A stretch of 45,374 nt of DNA from Candidatus Thorarchaeota archaeon. Its GTDB lineage: Archaea > Asgardarchaeota > Thorarchaeia > Thorarchaeales > Thorarchaeaceae. Positions within the stretch are counted from its first letter, which is position 1; each line of letters begins with the position of its first letter. The stretch lies in NCBI GenBank assembly GCA_048882325.1, contig JBHLRS010000024.1, positions 1 through 45,374 on the forward strand, read 5' to 3'. Shown here in pieces: positions 1-9,605 of this stretch. The translations under genes were made by a program, and so were the position numbers. Below the pieces are notes generated by a model that saw only the letters and a program-made list of their open reading frames with translations, did no database searches and was not told the origin of the DNA.

Positions 1-1047
1 AAGGTGAGCCTTCTGCATCTCAGCATTTGTCACCCACTCGAGACTCTCCACTGATGTGCCATTTGCGACGTCCATGCAGAATACGAGTGCCTTCAATGTT
101 CCTGAGTTAACATAGGCCGCTGGCTGATGTTGATATGGAAATAGAAGTTGGTTGATTGGATCCCAAATACACTCCCTAAGATAGGCATTCAATGCATTCA
201 CATCAGCAGGAACTGCAAGGTTGAGAGATTCTACTTTGTCTTCTAGGTCTTGAGTCCAGAAGTCATACTCTGTACCAATTGATTCGCTCCACCAGATTCT
301 GCACCAGCGGAGATACCATTGATGTGCACTAGGATCTACGAAATAGGTATTGTACCTTCCACCAAAGAAGGGATAGTCCATAGTCACATTAGGGTTCAGA
401 GAATTGTCCCATTCCAATCGAAACCAGTCTTGATCCTCTCCTGTATCGGGGTCTCGTGGATGATAATTATACCAATGTTCGAGAGTGTGGTTTGTACTAT
501 CAAGAACGGAGAAGTTCACCAAGTAAAGCGTGTATCCGAGGGTAGGTGGCGTCATGTATGGATTCTCCTCTAACCACTCCTCAATAGCATAACCATCAAT
601 GACTCTACCAGCACGTGGATAGAAGATTCTTTGTGGATCGTCAAGATTGGCCTTTTGATAGATGAGAGCTGACTCATCCAATCGTGTGCCTGTGTCAGAA
701 CCGTTGACTGAATTATCCAGCAGCTCCTGTTGAAGGTTATTTGTAAAAGCTGTGTCAGCATATACAACCTCATACTCGATATTGTAGGTTATTTGCACAT
801 CTGCTGTAGAATAAATTCTAACGGTGGGCATTCCTGATAGAAGGATAGCTTCATCGATCAATGAAGGTTCGTACCCTGCTACAATGATGTTTGTCTTCCA
901 GTTCCTCTCTATGGTCAATAGACCTTGACTCAGAGTACTTGCCCTAGTGGTCCTGACATCATTTCTCTCCAGTCCCGTCGGAAGTGTTGCAACAAGGAGA
1001 AAGACAATGAAAAAGACCAAAGCGCGACGCATGTCTTTCATTTTCAT
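1..1047 (-). CDS. Secreted/surface hypothetical protein, 3' end runs off the window
   Basis: Not in the ORF track. Manual translation from ATG 1047 gives MKMKDMRRALVFFIVFLLVATLPTG..., a signal-peptide-like N-terminus. The frame stays open to position 1 (...HWYNYHPRDPDTGEDQDWFRLEWDN...). Confidence 0.8.
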   Translation of the reverse strand, partial: MKMKDMRRALVFFIVFLLVATLPTGLERNDVRTTRASTLSQGLLTIERNWKTNIIVAGYEPSLIDEAILLSGMPTVRIYSTADVQITYNIEYEVVYADTAFTNNLQQELLDNSVNGSDTGTRLDESALIYQKANLDDPQRIFYPRAGRVIDGYAIEEWLEENPYMTPPTLGYTLYLVNFSVLDSTNHTLEHWYNYHPRDPDTGEDQDWFRLEWDNSLNPNVTMDYPFFGGRYNTYFVDPSAHQWYLRWCRIWWSESIGTEYDFWTQDLEDKVESLNLAVPADVNALNAYLRECIWDPINQLLFPYQHQPAAYVNSGTLKALVFCMDVANGTSVESLEWVTNAEMQKAHL

Positions 1048-1156
1048 TTAATCGCATATTAACAAACTGGTTCATGTAACCACATGCTGTCAGTCATTGG
1101 CGCGAATTGAATATATACACACATATTATATTAGTAGCTATGAGAATTTTTATCAC

Positions 1157-1272
1157 GTGCGCCGGTCACGGCAAAGTACATCGGTTATCCTCGATATACC
1201 CTTACGGGTTGTCGCGCTCGTTTCCGCAGGCTAGCGCAAAGATGCATCGATCCCCAAGTTCGGCCGACGCAT
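1157..1272 (-). ncRNA. Putative structured cis-regulatory RNA, unknown family
   Basis: GC-rich island in an AT-rich intergenic. On the minus strand it has a terminal stem, ACCC-GUAA-GGGU and CG-GAAA-CG GNRA-capped hairpins, a GCGCU/AGCGC stem and a GUAUAUCG/CGAUGUAC stem. It shares a ~24-nt motif with 9388-9411. Confidence 0.4.
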
Positions 1273-1353
1273 TCTCCTCACCCTTCTCTTTTTGTCTTTC
1301 AGTTACTCTTAAATCGAGGCGGAAAACCCTCGGCCATTACTGGAGACACCTAG

Positions 1354-2793
1354 ATGACACCTCCGAAGAAACCTACAATTTCTGAAATCCTAGACATAAA
1401 ATCTGTAGCGATAATTGGAGTTTCAGCAAGCATGGGGTATTACTGGGCATACTCAATGCTTCAATGGGAACACAACCTCAATATCTGGTTTGTTTCAAAA
1501 AGAGGGGGTGAAGTTCTAGGTCACAAGATTCTCACAAGCATTGAAGAAATCCCTGAAAGAATCGACTATGCAATTCTCCGTGTCCCATATCGGGTGGTGC
1601 CACAGACACTTCGCGATTGTCATAAACTTGGAGTAAAAGGAGTCACTATTTTCACTAGTGGCTTTTCTGAACTTGGTACTGAGGAAGGAAGACAAAGAGA
1701 AGAGGAGATCAAGAATATACTTGATGAAACAGGGATGAGGGCTTTTGGACCTAATTGCATGGGTCTGATGTATCCAAAGATAGGTTTTGCATTCATGCCG
1801 AAAGTGAAACGACTCATCGGAAATGTTGGTTTCCTCTCCCAATCTGGTGGAGTCGCGATAACTAGTTACACAGCAGGCGTCGTGTCTGGAGTTGGATTCA
1901 GCAAAGTGTTCAGCTTTGGAAACCAAGTTGATATCGCACCGCAGGAACTCCTTGACTACTTTGAAGATGATGATGAAACTGATGTCATTGGAGCATATAT
2001 TGAGGGAGCTAAGAATGGAAAACAGATTCTAGACTCAATGAAAAGAACAGCGATGAAGAAACCACTAGTCATCCTCAAAGGAGGAAGATCCTCCGAAGGA
2101 TCTCGTGCAGCGGCATCTCACACAGGTGCACTAGCAGGAAGCCAAAACCTTTGGACTGCAGCATTTCGTCAGGCCAATGTCTTAACTGTTGAAACAATTG
2201 AGGACCTTATTGCAACTCTGAGTATCTTCTCACTGAGTCCCAAGCCAAAGTCCCGAAATATTGGGATAATGGCGATAAGTGGAGGTAGTAGTGTCATATT
2301 TACCGATTTGTGCATCGAAAAAGGACTCGAGATTCCACCAACCTCAGATGAAACCATCAAGAAGCTTGATCCTTTAATCCTCGACGTTGGAACAGGACTT
2401 GGAAATCCAATAGATCTGGCTGCTGACTATTATCAAGATCAGACCACATCGGAAGTGATTCGTATTGCGGGTGGAGAGCCCAGGTTTGACTCATTGATTC
2501 TGAGCGCTGACGTTCATAACATGTATCAAGCTGCCTCCATAATGGGAGCTGCGGACATACTTGTAGATTTTTGGAAAGCCATGGCAGTAGCAGGGAGGGA
2601 AGTTGTTGAGAAGGAAAATAAACCGGTACTTGTTGTAATCCCGGAAGTAGCATACCCAAAGCCACGAACAGACGCATGGAATACGTTTGTTGAGCAAGGA
2701 CTTCCTGTTTTCAGAAATATCAATGAAGCGGCAAGTGCTCTCTCAAGGGTCTGTGACTATTTTGAAACTAGGGAGAGAAGAAGGTTTCGCTAG
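1354..2793 (+). CDS. Acyl-CoA synthetase (NDP-forming) alpha subunit / CoA-binding protein
   Basis: SVAIIGVS CoA-binding start, GPNCMG, SQSGG, SFGNQVD, LKGGRS and the phospho-His motif AASHTGALAG, plus NPIDL. No ATP-grasp beta domain. Confidence 0.88.
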   Translation: MTPPKKPTISEILDIKSVAIIGVSASMGYYWAYSMLQWEHNLNIWFVSKRGGEVLGHKILTSIEEIPERIDYAILRVPYRVVPQTLRDCHKLGVKGVTIFTSGFSELGTEEGRQREEEIKNILDETGMRAFGPNCMGLMYPKIGFAFMPKVKRLIGNVGFLSQSGGVAITSYTAGVVSGVGFSKVFSFGNQVDIAPQELLDYFEDDDETDVIGAYIEGAKNGKQILDSMKRTAMKKPLVILKGGRSSEGSRAAASHTGALAGSQNLWTAAFRQANVLTVETIEDLIATLSIFSLSPKPKSRNIGIMAISGGSSVIFTDLCIEKGLEIPPTSDETIKKLDPLILDVGTGLGNPIDLAADYYQDQTTSEVIRIAGGEPRFDSLILSADVHNMYQAASIMGAADILVDFWKAMAVAGREVVEKENKPVLVVIPEVAYPKPRTDAWNTFVEQGLPVFRNINEAASALSRVCDYFETRERRRFR

Positions 2794-3386
2794 ACTTTCA
2801 CTATCCAGTTCACAAGTTCAGCATCCATAGGATTTTCTCTGACAAATGTGTCCCTATAGAATGGATTGCTCATCTTCAGCCAAACATATTGTAGCTCAAA
2901 ATCAAAGCCAATGATTCTAAATGACGCTTCAAGTGCAGAAGGTCGGAAAGAAACATAGGCGAAAAGTAGTGAGAGGCAGAGAAGCAGAATGTATGAATAA
3001 ACCCAGGGGCTCACAGGTTTCCCAGCCCATACATCAGCACCAGCATAGATTAATGCAAAGAACGATATTCCTGCTACCAAGGATGCTATGATTACCGAGA
3101 GACCTCTTGCTCTCATTTCTGCATTATCAGAAACTGAGTGGTCCTCACACACATCGACTAGGAAACTCTTTGCTTCAGCATTTGCTGCATGCTGCCTTCC
3201 TAGCAAATTGAAGTTTGGGTCCCAGGTAGGTCTAAGCCAGACCTTTCGACCCGGGTGACTTGAAATTCTTGCTGTCTTGGTTGCAGGAGCACCACAAACT
3301 GGACATGTCTTCGGAAACCGAACTCTGCTGACTCTTACACGGACAATAGGTTCATCAAAATGAAGTCGATGTTTCATCACCGTCAA
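2790..3386 (-). CDS. Membrane protein with putative Zn-binding domain
   Basis: FPKTCPVCG ... VCEDH (CxxC/CxxH) followed by two hydrophobic helices. Confidence 0.65.
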   Translation of the reverse strand: MTVMKHRLHFDEPIVRVRVSRVRFPKTCPVCGAPATKTARISSHPGRKVWLRPTWDPNFNLLGRQHAANAEAKSFLVDVCEDHSVSDNAEMRARGLSVIIASLVAGISFFALIYAGADVWAGKPVSPWVYSYILLLCLSLLFAYVSFRPSALEASFRIIGFDFELQYVWLKMSNPFYRDTFVRENPMDAELVNWIVKV

Positions 3387-3462
3387 GAGTCACATCACCG
3401 GTTTTGTCACCACTACTTCCATACTAATTTAGTGTATCGAAGGCGGTAAAGTATAACTTCTT

Positions 3463-4593
3463 TCAAAGGTATGCCTTCTCAATCTGATTGTACACAAATC
3501 GTTTCATACTTTGGGAAGCTCTAACCGGGTCTTTCATCTCAAAGTTGTCTAGTGCTTCGATCTCGATTGTTTTCAAAGAAAACCCCAGCTCATTTAGACT
3601 CGACTTGATTTGCTCAATCGCTACGCCAAAGTGTCTCATCCCAATATCAAGTGCTTCAAGTATTTTATATCCGTAGTGTGTTAGCCAAAGCGAGTTCATG
3701 AGAGCGGTACTCCCTTTAGTAGCAACAGTGGTGTTGTCAATCTCTCGAGCTCTAGCCTCTACTATCTTCGGAATCAGTGATGATGCTCTTGTTTCCTTCA
3801 TCATTTCAATATCGAGAAACAAGGTAGGTCCGTTATTCTCAATTTGCTCTTCAAGCAATTCTATTGTTCGATCAAAGATAGAACGGCGTGCTTCTTCATA
3901 ATCCATTGAGGTGTAGGTTTTATCAATCAATGCAGATGGATTTCCGTCAAACCCTGCAAGTTCCCCCAAACCAAGACCAATCAAGAGACCTCTCTGCACA
4001 GCATACCAGTCATCTTTTGTGACTTGATTCAGGATAGTAGAGATTCTTTCAAGGATCTTGGACCATTCCATTCGAGTAGCAAGAATGTCATACGTTTCCC
4101 ACATCAAGACTGGTGGTGCAGTCCATGGTGCTCTATCTGGACGAACAAGTTGAAACCTCTCAGAGATTTCCTTTGTCGTTAACAGATATCGCAGAATATG
4201 GTCTGCTGAAATCACCACAGATGAGTCTAGTAGGACATTTGCCTTTACGAGGACGGGTGTAAGGTCCAACGATCTAAGACGATTGTTTGTGAGATTGAGG
4301 CTTGATAGAGAAGTGCACGTTCCTAAAGGCCAGAGATCTAATGAAGGAAGGTGATTATTGTCAAGTCGAACCTCTGTTAGAGAGTAATTACCTTTGAGAG
4401 GAGATAGATCCAGAACTTCAAGCATATTGTTAGACAAATTCAGTGTTGTTAGATTGGAACACTTTCTTATATTCGATAGATCAACCTGCTTTGCAGCTCG
4501 CATTATAAGGTCTATCCTCTTATCATCACAACGATACTTTGTTTCTTCCTGCCGCCCATGAGGACTCCAATATCTGATTGTGACCTCGTCCAT
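3463..4593 (-). CDS. Leucine-rich repeat protein
   Basis: LxxLxLxxN repeats (LTTLNLSNNML, LTEVRLDNNHL, LSSLNLTNNRL) with LDLxPL linkers, then a helical C-terminal region. No signal peptide. Confidence 0.85.
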   Translation of the reverse strand: MDEVTIRYWSPHGRQEETKYRCDDKRIDLIMRAAKQVDLSNIRKCSNLTTLNLSNNMLEVLDLSPLKGNYSLTEVRLDNNHLPSLDLWPLGTCTSLSSLNLTNNRLRSLDLTPVLVKANVLLDSSVVISADHILRYLLTTKEISERFQLVRPDRAPWTAPPVLMWETYDILATRMEWSKILERISTILNQVTKDDWYAVQRGLLIGLGLGELAGFDGNPSALIDKTYTSMDYEEARRSIFDRTIELLEEQIENNGPTLFLDIEMMKETRASSLIPKIVEARAREIDNTTVATKGSTALMNSLWLTHYGYKILEALDIGMRHFGVAIEQIKSSLNELGFSLKTIEIEALDNFEMKDPVRASQSMKRFVYNQIEKAYL

Positions 4594-4643
4594 TCAATAT
4601 TCTACCACGACTAAAATCTGCAGAATTCCTGATAAATGCAAGT

Positions 4644-7600
4644 CTAAGGTGTCTCTTCCTCTTTCAGGAGTTGAGGGAGCCGTTTCTCTGCAGCAATAAA
4701 ATAGCCATTATCGAGGGCTTCGAACACTATCCTGTGAGAGATACGTTCACTAAACCCAAGTAGGCTCAGTTCCTTGATTATGGCGTCTGGTGACACCCCG
4801 TGATCTATCTTCATAGTCTTGAAGGCGGATGCAACTGGAGCAAGAGCCTCTGGTAGGTTCTTCTTGACTCCGACATACCTCTCGAATAATTGACCATCGA
4901 AATAGCTATCAAAAACCTTGTTGAAGGTTTCAACCACATCTTCTGTGAGTGTGCGGTAGATGGGGGTAACTATTTTGTCATCGTAGTCATAGAGACCGCC
5001 TACCTCCCTCGCGAATGTTTCTAGCTGTATCTTCTGTCGTGCAGATGCTGATTCGAGAGTAATAATCACACAGATGAGCTCCTCCGATTGAACTGCAGTG
5101 ATGACCTCGGTGATTGGAATAGATGTCCACTTTGGTGAATCCATAGAGAACTCTTCACGAAACTGCGAGATAGCTGCAATAAATGAGCTGAGAAGCGATT
5201 CTTCAAATCCACCCTTTATAATCTTGGAGTAAACTGAGAGTCCAACCTTTCTTTGAATCACGAGAAGACCAATGAGATTCTTGGCATCTTCAAGTCGTCC
5301 CTTTAGGTCCAGAAGTTCAAGGTTCCTTTTTGTTGTTAGATTTGTGTAGAATCGTTTACCAATCATAATTGAAGCAATGCATGCAAGTAGTAATAGTGCT
5401 CCAATGGCTCCAGCGCGAAGATAGGACCCGTAAATAGTACCCGGGCGAGCTACTGCATTAAGTACAATCTCTTGTACAAACGATTGGTGATGCTCCTTTG
5501 TGACTGTTAGACGTATCAGGTACAGGCCAATATCTGGTACAGTGATGTTAGCTATGTAGAATCCCAACGACTGGACAAAATATCCTTGAGTGAGAATTGT
5601 ATCACCAGTCCCACCAGCATCAATCAAAATGTAACTGACAAGAGCATTTTCAATTGGCAGACCGGTATCACCTGAGAGGGGAACAAATCTCAACGTCAGG
5701 ATTGTTGAAACATACCTTGTGTATGTCGAGTTCAAGTGGTGATATGGAGAAATCTCAATTGGTATCATCTCAGTCGTAAGTGTAAATCGGACCGACTGTT
5801 CTACAAATCCCTCTTTTGATAGCCAGATTGTCGCGTTCCAGATCCCGAAAGTTGGTGTCAATGTGAAGTTATACCATCCTGAACCTGTGTTGGATAACAC
5901 AAAGAAGTCGCGTATTGGTGCGGAAGGGATGAGTTCCGCGCTTAGGACACCGGTTTCATCCGTTGAATTATAGTATATAGCAAAGTCATATGTTCGTCCC
6001 TCATAGTAGACACCATTTAACCCATAGAAGGAGAGAGACGTTGGAATTTTGACGACTTCGAAATTAAATTCTATGTATACGAAATCAAAACCTAACTTTG
6101 AGAATCGAAGACCCACTGCATATGTCCCAACTTGTGGTACTCGAATAGAAACGTTGTAGGAACCATTACCTATCTCTGACCATGAAACAATGCTTGCAGG
6201 ATTATACGTGACATTTACAATTGCATTCTCAATACCGAAGGTGTCGTTAGTGTGATAGAAAAGTGATATTACATACGATTGATTGAAGTGTAGTTCATCT
6301 GGAAGGTCAGCTCCTTCAATTCTAACAGAGGCAGGAACTAATCCTACGATGATGTAGAATGAGGTTGCAGCAGTACTATGACCCACCTTTGTGGCTGACA
6401 TTGTTATAAAATAGGTTCCACTCAAGACCGCAGTGAAGTCTACCGAATAGTTGCCAGGTTCTCCAATCACAAACTGTGGATTAGAATATAGTAGACCTTC
6501 TGAAGGTCCATTAATAGAAAGTATCGACACATTTGCATCCTCAATTCCAAGAGCATCCAGATACATATACCGAACTTTGATCTGTCGTGACTCGTCAGGA
6601 TCCAATTCTACAATTTGATTTCCGAGGACTGTCATGATTGATAATGATGTTATTTCAACTTCAACGGTACAATTTGTAGCAAAGTGGAAAGGCACCGTAG
6701 CGTTTACAGTCATAGAATAACGTCCCGTCCCTGTTATTGAGGAGTTAACATCTGCCTCCCACCAGCCTTTTGCCAAATTAGGATGAAATTCAACATTTGA
6801 TGTTGACCAATTGCCAACTATAGTGGCATCGTTCATGATAGGTGTGTATGTATCCAAATCATAGAGGTTTACTGCAACCGTGAAGACATCACCGAGTTGT
6901 ACATCAATGGACGGCGTGTGAGCAATCATTGTCAACTCATGATGAAGCTCGAATTCAGTTGAGCCAAAAGCCACTTCAGTTCCATTGATCCAGTATACGC
7001 TTACTAACCAAGAGCCAGTTGTAGAATTAAATGAGCCTAAAGTCCAAGCACTCCCAATAACAATTGAACCAGTGGCATTGTCAAGTGTTTCTGAAGCCCA
7101 TAGTGTTTCTGATGGTAGATACCACTTCATCTCTAAATTCGTCACTGATGTTACTGTGTTTGTTTGAGTACCAATTTCCGCAAGACAACGTATCTTATTG
7201 TTACTCCTAAAGATGTCTTCAGTAAACCATTCAGAAGCATCTTCAACCATTGTGGATACAGATTTGGCATAGTTGGGAGCCGATATGTCTACTTTCCACC
7301 ATCCTACAGAGTCTACCTCTCCAGCTGGGACTATTATCATGTCAGATTCATCAACCGAAACAGGAGTACCAAATGGATCTTCTACAGACGCATTCTCCCA
7401 GTCATCTGGGCAGAAGAGCCTAAATCCTAAATCCTTAGCTTCTGGAGAGGATTCAACATAAGTGTAGAATGAGATGTTAATAGAAGCGTCCAAATCAACT
7501 GAAAAGGTAACTCCAAGATTACCGAGACTTGTAGTGGCTGATGAGGAGAATGAGCGATGCATCATACTGAATTCTGCTGAATAATCGAAGACAATCGTTG

Positions 7601-9320
7601 CATTTGAACCAAATTCAAGTGGAACAATTGGATAGACCCATTCTGAGTGATTCAAGAATGCAACTCCTGTGTCAGAAATGTTGATTGTTCCAGTTTCCTG
7701 AGAGCTCACAGTTAGCTGAACAGATCCCGAGGAGAAAGTATTTGCGCTCCTCAATTCTAAGTTGTTTAAATAGACTGTAACAAACTGACCATTTGTAGCA
7801 TCACCATCCAAATCAGAATCTGTTTCACTAATAGCTACATATGTGGCAACTGTTTCAACCTCGAGGATTATTCGAGCAGTGAAAAATGTTGGAGCTCCAG
7901 TTAGGTTAACAAGTAGTTGACCATTACTAAACCAGGTCTGCCTTTGAGTAACGTTTGTTAAATCTATAGACCAATTCCATAATTGAGTCGAGTCATCCAA
8001 GATTTCAAATCTCAATTCGAATATACCCTCAAAGTTGGTTCCGATTGGACCTCTCATGTAATTATAATCTAAATTAAAGTAGAAGAGTTCTGTTTGTTCA
8101 CTATTGTCAATGTCCTGATACCAAAAAATCCTAGTTCCATTATAATGACGAAAGTTACTTCCGTCGTAGAACCCCTCATTTTCAAGAATGACATAACTGT
8201 CTATATCTTGAACGTATGAGGCCCGTTGTCTGCCAAAAAGACTATTGACCTCACGTCGTGCCAACCAACCATCGGCATAATAAGCCCCATCACCAGCCCA
8301 ATCCTCATTAGTTCCAGGATTCCCAGATTCGAAAGTTCCATTGAGTGCATACAGCTTTCGAATGTCATTTGCAGTGACCTTGATTTTGTCACCATACCAT
8401 CCGTGAAGTGACCGTGGCACATCTCTTGAAATGGAACAGGTTCCAGATACCTGAAGGTCTAAGTCACCCACACTATCTGTCAAGTCGTTCTCAAATTCAT
8501 AATGATTAGTAAGGCTTGATTCAGTGATTGTACTCCCTGGAAGATAATCACTCTGTATTTCAGTCAGGTTTCTATCGGATATATAATATCTGAAGTCATC
8601 GATATGTCCGTCTACTTGCTGTCCAGCACGAGCAATTGAATTCAAAATGTTGTTTTCCGTATGAAATCCAACAACCGAATCAGTCCAGCCAAATGATGAA
8701 AAATCAATTGCTGGAGAGTTCGTTTCATCACCCCAGAATATAGCTAGGTAGTTTGCGGTCTCATTCCACGTGATAGCAATGAAGTACCAATGGTCCACCA
8801 ACCAGCTAGACTTAGATCCTTGAGCTGTTGAGTCACTACCCCAATCGAGGACAAACTGGTTGCTTGACCAGCGTGTTTCGAAGTTTGCGTCTTGGCCCCA
8901 AAAGCGGCCATGTGGTGCTGTACCGTCCCACTTACCCCAGAACGAAATTGTACCTGCAGGTGAACCAAAATCCGCGGCACCACCAGAACCCACGAGATAA
9001 TATCCGCCTTCACCTTCACCTGAGTAGTAATTGTCAGGGGCACTAACTGGCAAATAGACTTCCGTAGAAGGATTGGGATCAATATCCATACGAGATGAAC
9101 CTGACGTTGTCATTCCAGAAGATGCACCTGTGTGTTCAATGAGTACTGGGTCGAGTGTTCCAGAATGGATATCAGAGAATTGAGAGAGAGTTCTCTGAGA
9201 ATCAGAGTTAGTAGGAAGACTCGAATCGAGTGTTTCAGAAACCATGGGAAGACTGGCAAACGGGAGCATAGCTAGGAGGATTGCTAGTAGCGGAATAGCA
9301 ACTACTCTGTTCCTAGGCAC
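4644..9320 (-). CDS. Large single-pass surface protein: LamG/ConA-like domain, Ig-like beta repeats, TM helix, cytoplasmic longin/roadblock-like and wHTH-like tail
   Basis: Signal peptide. LamG motifs GTISFWGK, WYFIAITW, GHIDDFRYY. Many N-x-S/T sequons. TM helix AGAIGALLLLACIASIMIG. Tail LIGLLVIQRKVGLSVYSK...LLSSFIAAISQFREEF. Confidence 0.75.
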   Translation of the reverse strand: MPRNRVVAIPLLAILLAMLPFASLPMVSETLDSSLPTNSDSQRTLSQFSDIHSGTLDPVLIEHTGASSGMTTSGSSRMDIDPNPSTEVYLPVSAPDNYYSGEGEGGYYLVGSGGAADFGSPAGTISFWGKWDGTAPHGRFWGQDANFETRWSSNQFVLDWGSDSTAQGSKSSWLVDHWYFIAITWNETANYLAIFWGDETNSPAIDFSSFGWTDSVVGFHTENNILNSIARAGQQVDGHIDDFRYYISDRNLTEIQSDYLPGSTITESSLTNHYEFENDLTDSVGDLDLQVSGTCSISRDVPRSLHGWYGDKIKVTANDIRKLYALNGTFESGNPGTNEDWAGDGAYYADGWLARREVNSLFGRQRASYVQDIDSYVILENEGFYDGSNFRHYNGTRIFWYQDIDNSEQTELFYFNLDYNYMRGPIGTNFEGIFELRFEILDDSTQLWNWSIDLTNVTQRQTWFSNGQLLVNLTGAPTFFTARIILEVETVATYVAISETDSDLDGDATNGQFVTVYLNNLELRSANTFSSGSVQLTVSSQETGTINISDTGVAFLNHSEWVYPIVPLEFGSNATIVFDYSAEFSMMHRSFSSSATTSLGNLGVTFSVDLDASINISFYTYVESSPEAKDLGFRLFCPDDWENASVEDPFGTPVSVDESDMIIVPAGEVDSVGWWKVDISAPNYAKSVSTMVEDASEWFTEDIFRSNNKIRCLAEIGTQTNTVTSVTNLEMKWYLPSETLWASETLDNATGSIVIGSAWTLGSFNSTTGSWLVSVYWINGTEVAFGSTEFELHHELTMIAHTPSIDVQLGDVFTVAVNLYDLDTYTPIMNDATIVGNWSTSNVEFHPNLAKGWWEADVNSSITGTGRYSMTVNATVPFHFATNCTVEVEITSLSIMTVLGNQIVELDPDESRQIKVRYMYLDALGIEDANVSILSINGPSEGLLYSNPQFVIGEPGNYSVDFTAVLSGTYFITMSATKVGHSTAATSFYIIVGLVPASVRIEGADLPDELHFNQSYVISLFYHTNDTFGIENAIVNVTYNPASIVSWSEIGNGSYNVSIRVPQVGTYAVGLRFSKLGFDFVYIEFNFEVVKIPTSLSFYGLNGVYYEGRTYDFAIYYNSTDETGVLSAELIPSAPIRDFFVLSNTGSGWYNFTLTPTFGIWNATIWLSKEGFVEQSVRFTLTTEMIPIEISPYHHLNSTYTRYVSTILTLRFVPLSGDTGLPIENALVSYILIDAGGTGDTILTQGYFVQSLGFYIANITVPDIGLYLIRLTVTKEHHQSFVQEIVLNAVARPGTIYGSYLRAGAIGALLLLACIASIMIGKRFYTNLTTKRNLELLDLKGRLEDAKNLIGLLVIQRKVGLSVYSKIIKGGFEESLLSSFIAAISQFREEFSMDSPKWTSIPITEVITAVQSEELICVIITLESASARQKIQLETFAREVGGLYDYDDKIVTPIYRTLTEDVVETFNKVFDSYFDGQLFERYVGVKKNLPEALAPVASAFKTMKIDHGVSPDAIIKELSLLGFSERISHRIVFEALDNGYFIAAEKRLPQLLKEEETP

Positions 9321-9349
9321 TTTTCGCGCTCCAGTGTTTTTTGGGGAGA

Positions 9350-9413
9350 ACCGACTGCTATCGCTAATTTTCTGCAGAAACTCCTCTCGCAGGCTGGCGC
9401 AGATAGCATCGGT
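9350..9413 (-). promoter_or_regulatory. Structured hairpin element upstream of the 1558-aa surface protein gene
   Basis: Minus-strand ACCGA-UGCUAUC pairs with GAUAGCA-(G)-UCGGU and encloses a CUGCG/UGCAG stem. It ends ~30 nt before the GTG start and shares a motif with 1225-1249. Confidence 0.45.
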
Positions 9414-9605
9414 GTACTGACGATATGTAAGGGACTTTGATGTATTTCAGCAAATGCTGTTCGTACATGCTTGATTCAATGCGAAGAAGTTTACCAGCAA
9501 CTATAGAGCTCACACCTGCATTTCAGCATACTTTCTTTGACTGCCCATTTGTTTTTAACAAGATTTGCGGAATTGAATGATGAATAGTAGTCGAAGGAGA
9601 GAAAT

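Noticed and set aside
1157-1272. 5S rRNA, or c-di-GMP-I / c-di-AMP riboswitch identity for the structured element
   Set aside because: Length and terminal stem resemble 5S, but the internal CCGAAC...GAAGUUAAGC pattern is missing. GGCAAA/GCAAAG and UUGGGG/AACCCGU fragments do not have the order or spacing of GEMM or ydaO consensus.
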